A stretch of DNA of 64,000 nucleotides from positions 248,001 through 312,000 of the forward strand of contig CP075496.1 in assembly GCA_021613535.1 (NCBI GenBank), read 5' to 3'. Source of the DNA: Adineta vaga (Eukaryota; Animalia; Rotifera). This document shows, piece after piece, positions 63,332-64,000 of this stretch. The notes under the pieces were generated by a model. The model was not told where the DNA came from. It saw only the letters and a list, made by a program, of their open reading frames with translations, and made no database searches. Each line of letters opens with the position of its first letter. The first letter of the stretch is position 1. A program made the translations under genes and the position numbers.

Positions 63332-64000
63332 TTAAGATATAGAACATTCACACGTATTTAAAAGAATGTCTAGATTACGACCGAAGTAGTTCGAGATGAT
63401 TATATCTTGACAATTATCACCATTAAAATCATGAACAATTAGCTTAGTGTCCGGTTCATTATAATACGTTTCAGGTACAAATATGTTTTGTGCTTTAAAA
63501 ATTCCATTTCCATAACCAACTAACACATTTATGTAATCGGTTCGCGCACTAGGAACGAGTATATCTACATGACCATCATTATTTAAATCACCAATAGCGG
63601 GTGGCGTTGTACTAATAATATCAGTTTCTATGAAAAAATCGACATATGCACTTAAAGTTCCGTTACCATATCCAAACAATACACTAATAGCATTTCTACC
63701 TATACAAATGAAAGCAACGTCTAACCATGTGTCTTCGTTAAAGTCGCCAACAATCATTGAAGTTGGATTATAACCACCTCCAGTAAAAAATGTCTTTACA
63801 GGTTGAAAAGTTCCATTTCCATATCCAAGTAATATGCCAACCTGTTTGCTGTAATAATTGATAAAAGTGATGTCTTTATAGTTATCATTATTAAAATCAC
63901 TAACACTAAGCTTCAATGGCCAACTACTAGGTCCAGCCGAAAATCTTGTATATGTTGCAAAACTTCCATCACCATTGTTAAGAAAAACACCAATAGTATT
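63332..64000 (-). CDS. FG-GAP/VCBS repeat protein, 3' end (continues beyond the window)
   Basis: DFNNDNYKDI..LGYGNGTF repeats. C-terminus LLNTCEC resembles the gene at 1-2187. Confidence 0.88.
   Translation of the reverse strand, partial: NTIGVFLNNGDGSFATYTRFSAGPSSWPLKLSVSDFNNDNYKDITFINYYSKQVGILLGYGNGTFQPVKTFFTGGGYNPTSMIVGDFNEDTWLDVAFICIGRNAISVLFGYGNGTLSAYVDFFIETDIISTTPPAIGDLNNDGHVDILVPSARTDYINVLVGYGNGIFKAQNIFVPETYYNEPDTKLIVHDFNGDNCQDIIISNYFGRNLDILLNTCECSIS

Overview
AT-rich eukaryotic DNA with many short (~50-60 bp) GT-AG introns. The gene families (FG-GAP/VCBS membrane proteins, F-box proteins, R-S-E ADP-ribosyltransferases, Cys-rich multi-TM repeat proteins, bacterial/fungal-looking intronless genes) and TGTGGG/TGAGGG hexamers point to a bdelloid rotifer (Adineta-like); this is an inference. 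The window holds about 20 genes or gene fragments, a complete intron-containing hAT transposon (22182-26507, 8-bp TSD), a solo LTR and several MITEs. Main observations: (1) about 14 complete and several half ~60-bp palindromes built from telomere-type repeats (TTGAGGG(TGTGGG)n-spacer-(CCCACA)nCCCTCAA), all intergenic, often bracketing single genes and repeatedly hit by insertions; (2) a VWA-RING gene whose N-terminus is a histone H3 tail look-alike that keeps only K9; (3) an F-box gene with 16 one-LRR-per-exon units of 141 bp whose variation is concentrated on the LRR concave face; (4) a LIM-ankyrin-ART fusion and a coiled-coil/hydrophobic-hairpin-ART fusion; (5) an isoprenoid-synthase-like gene head-to-head with a P450, next to a STRA6-like gene. 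Splice models were read by eye and no database searches were run.
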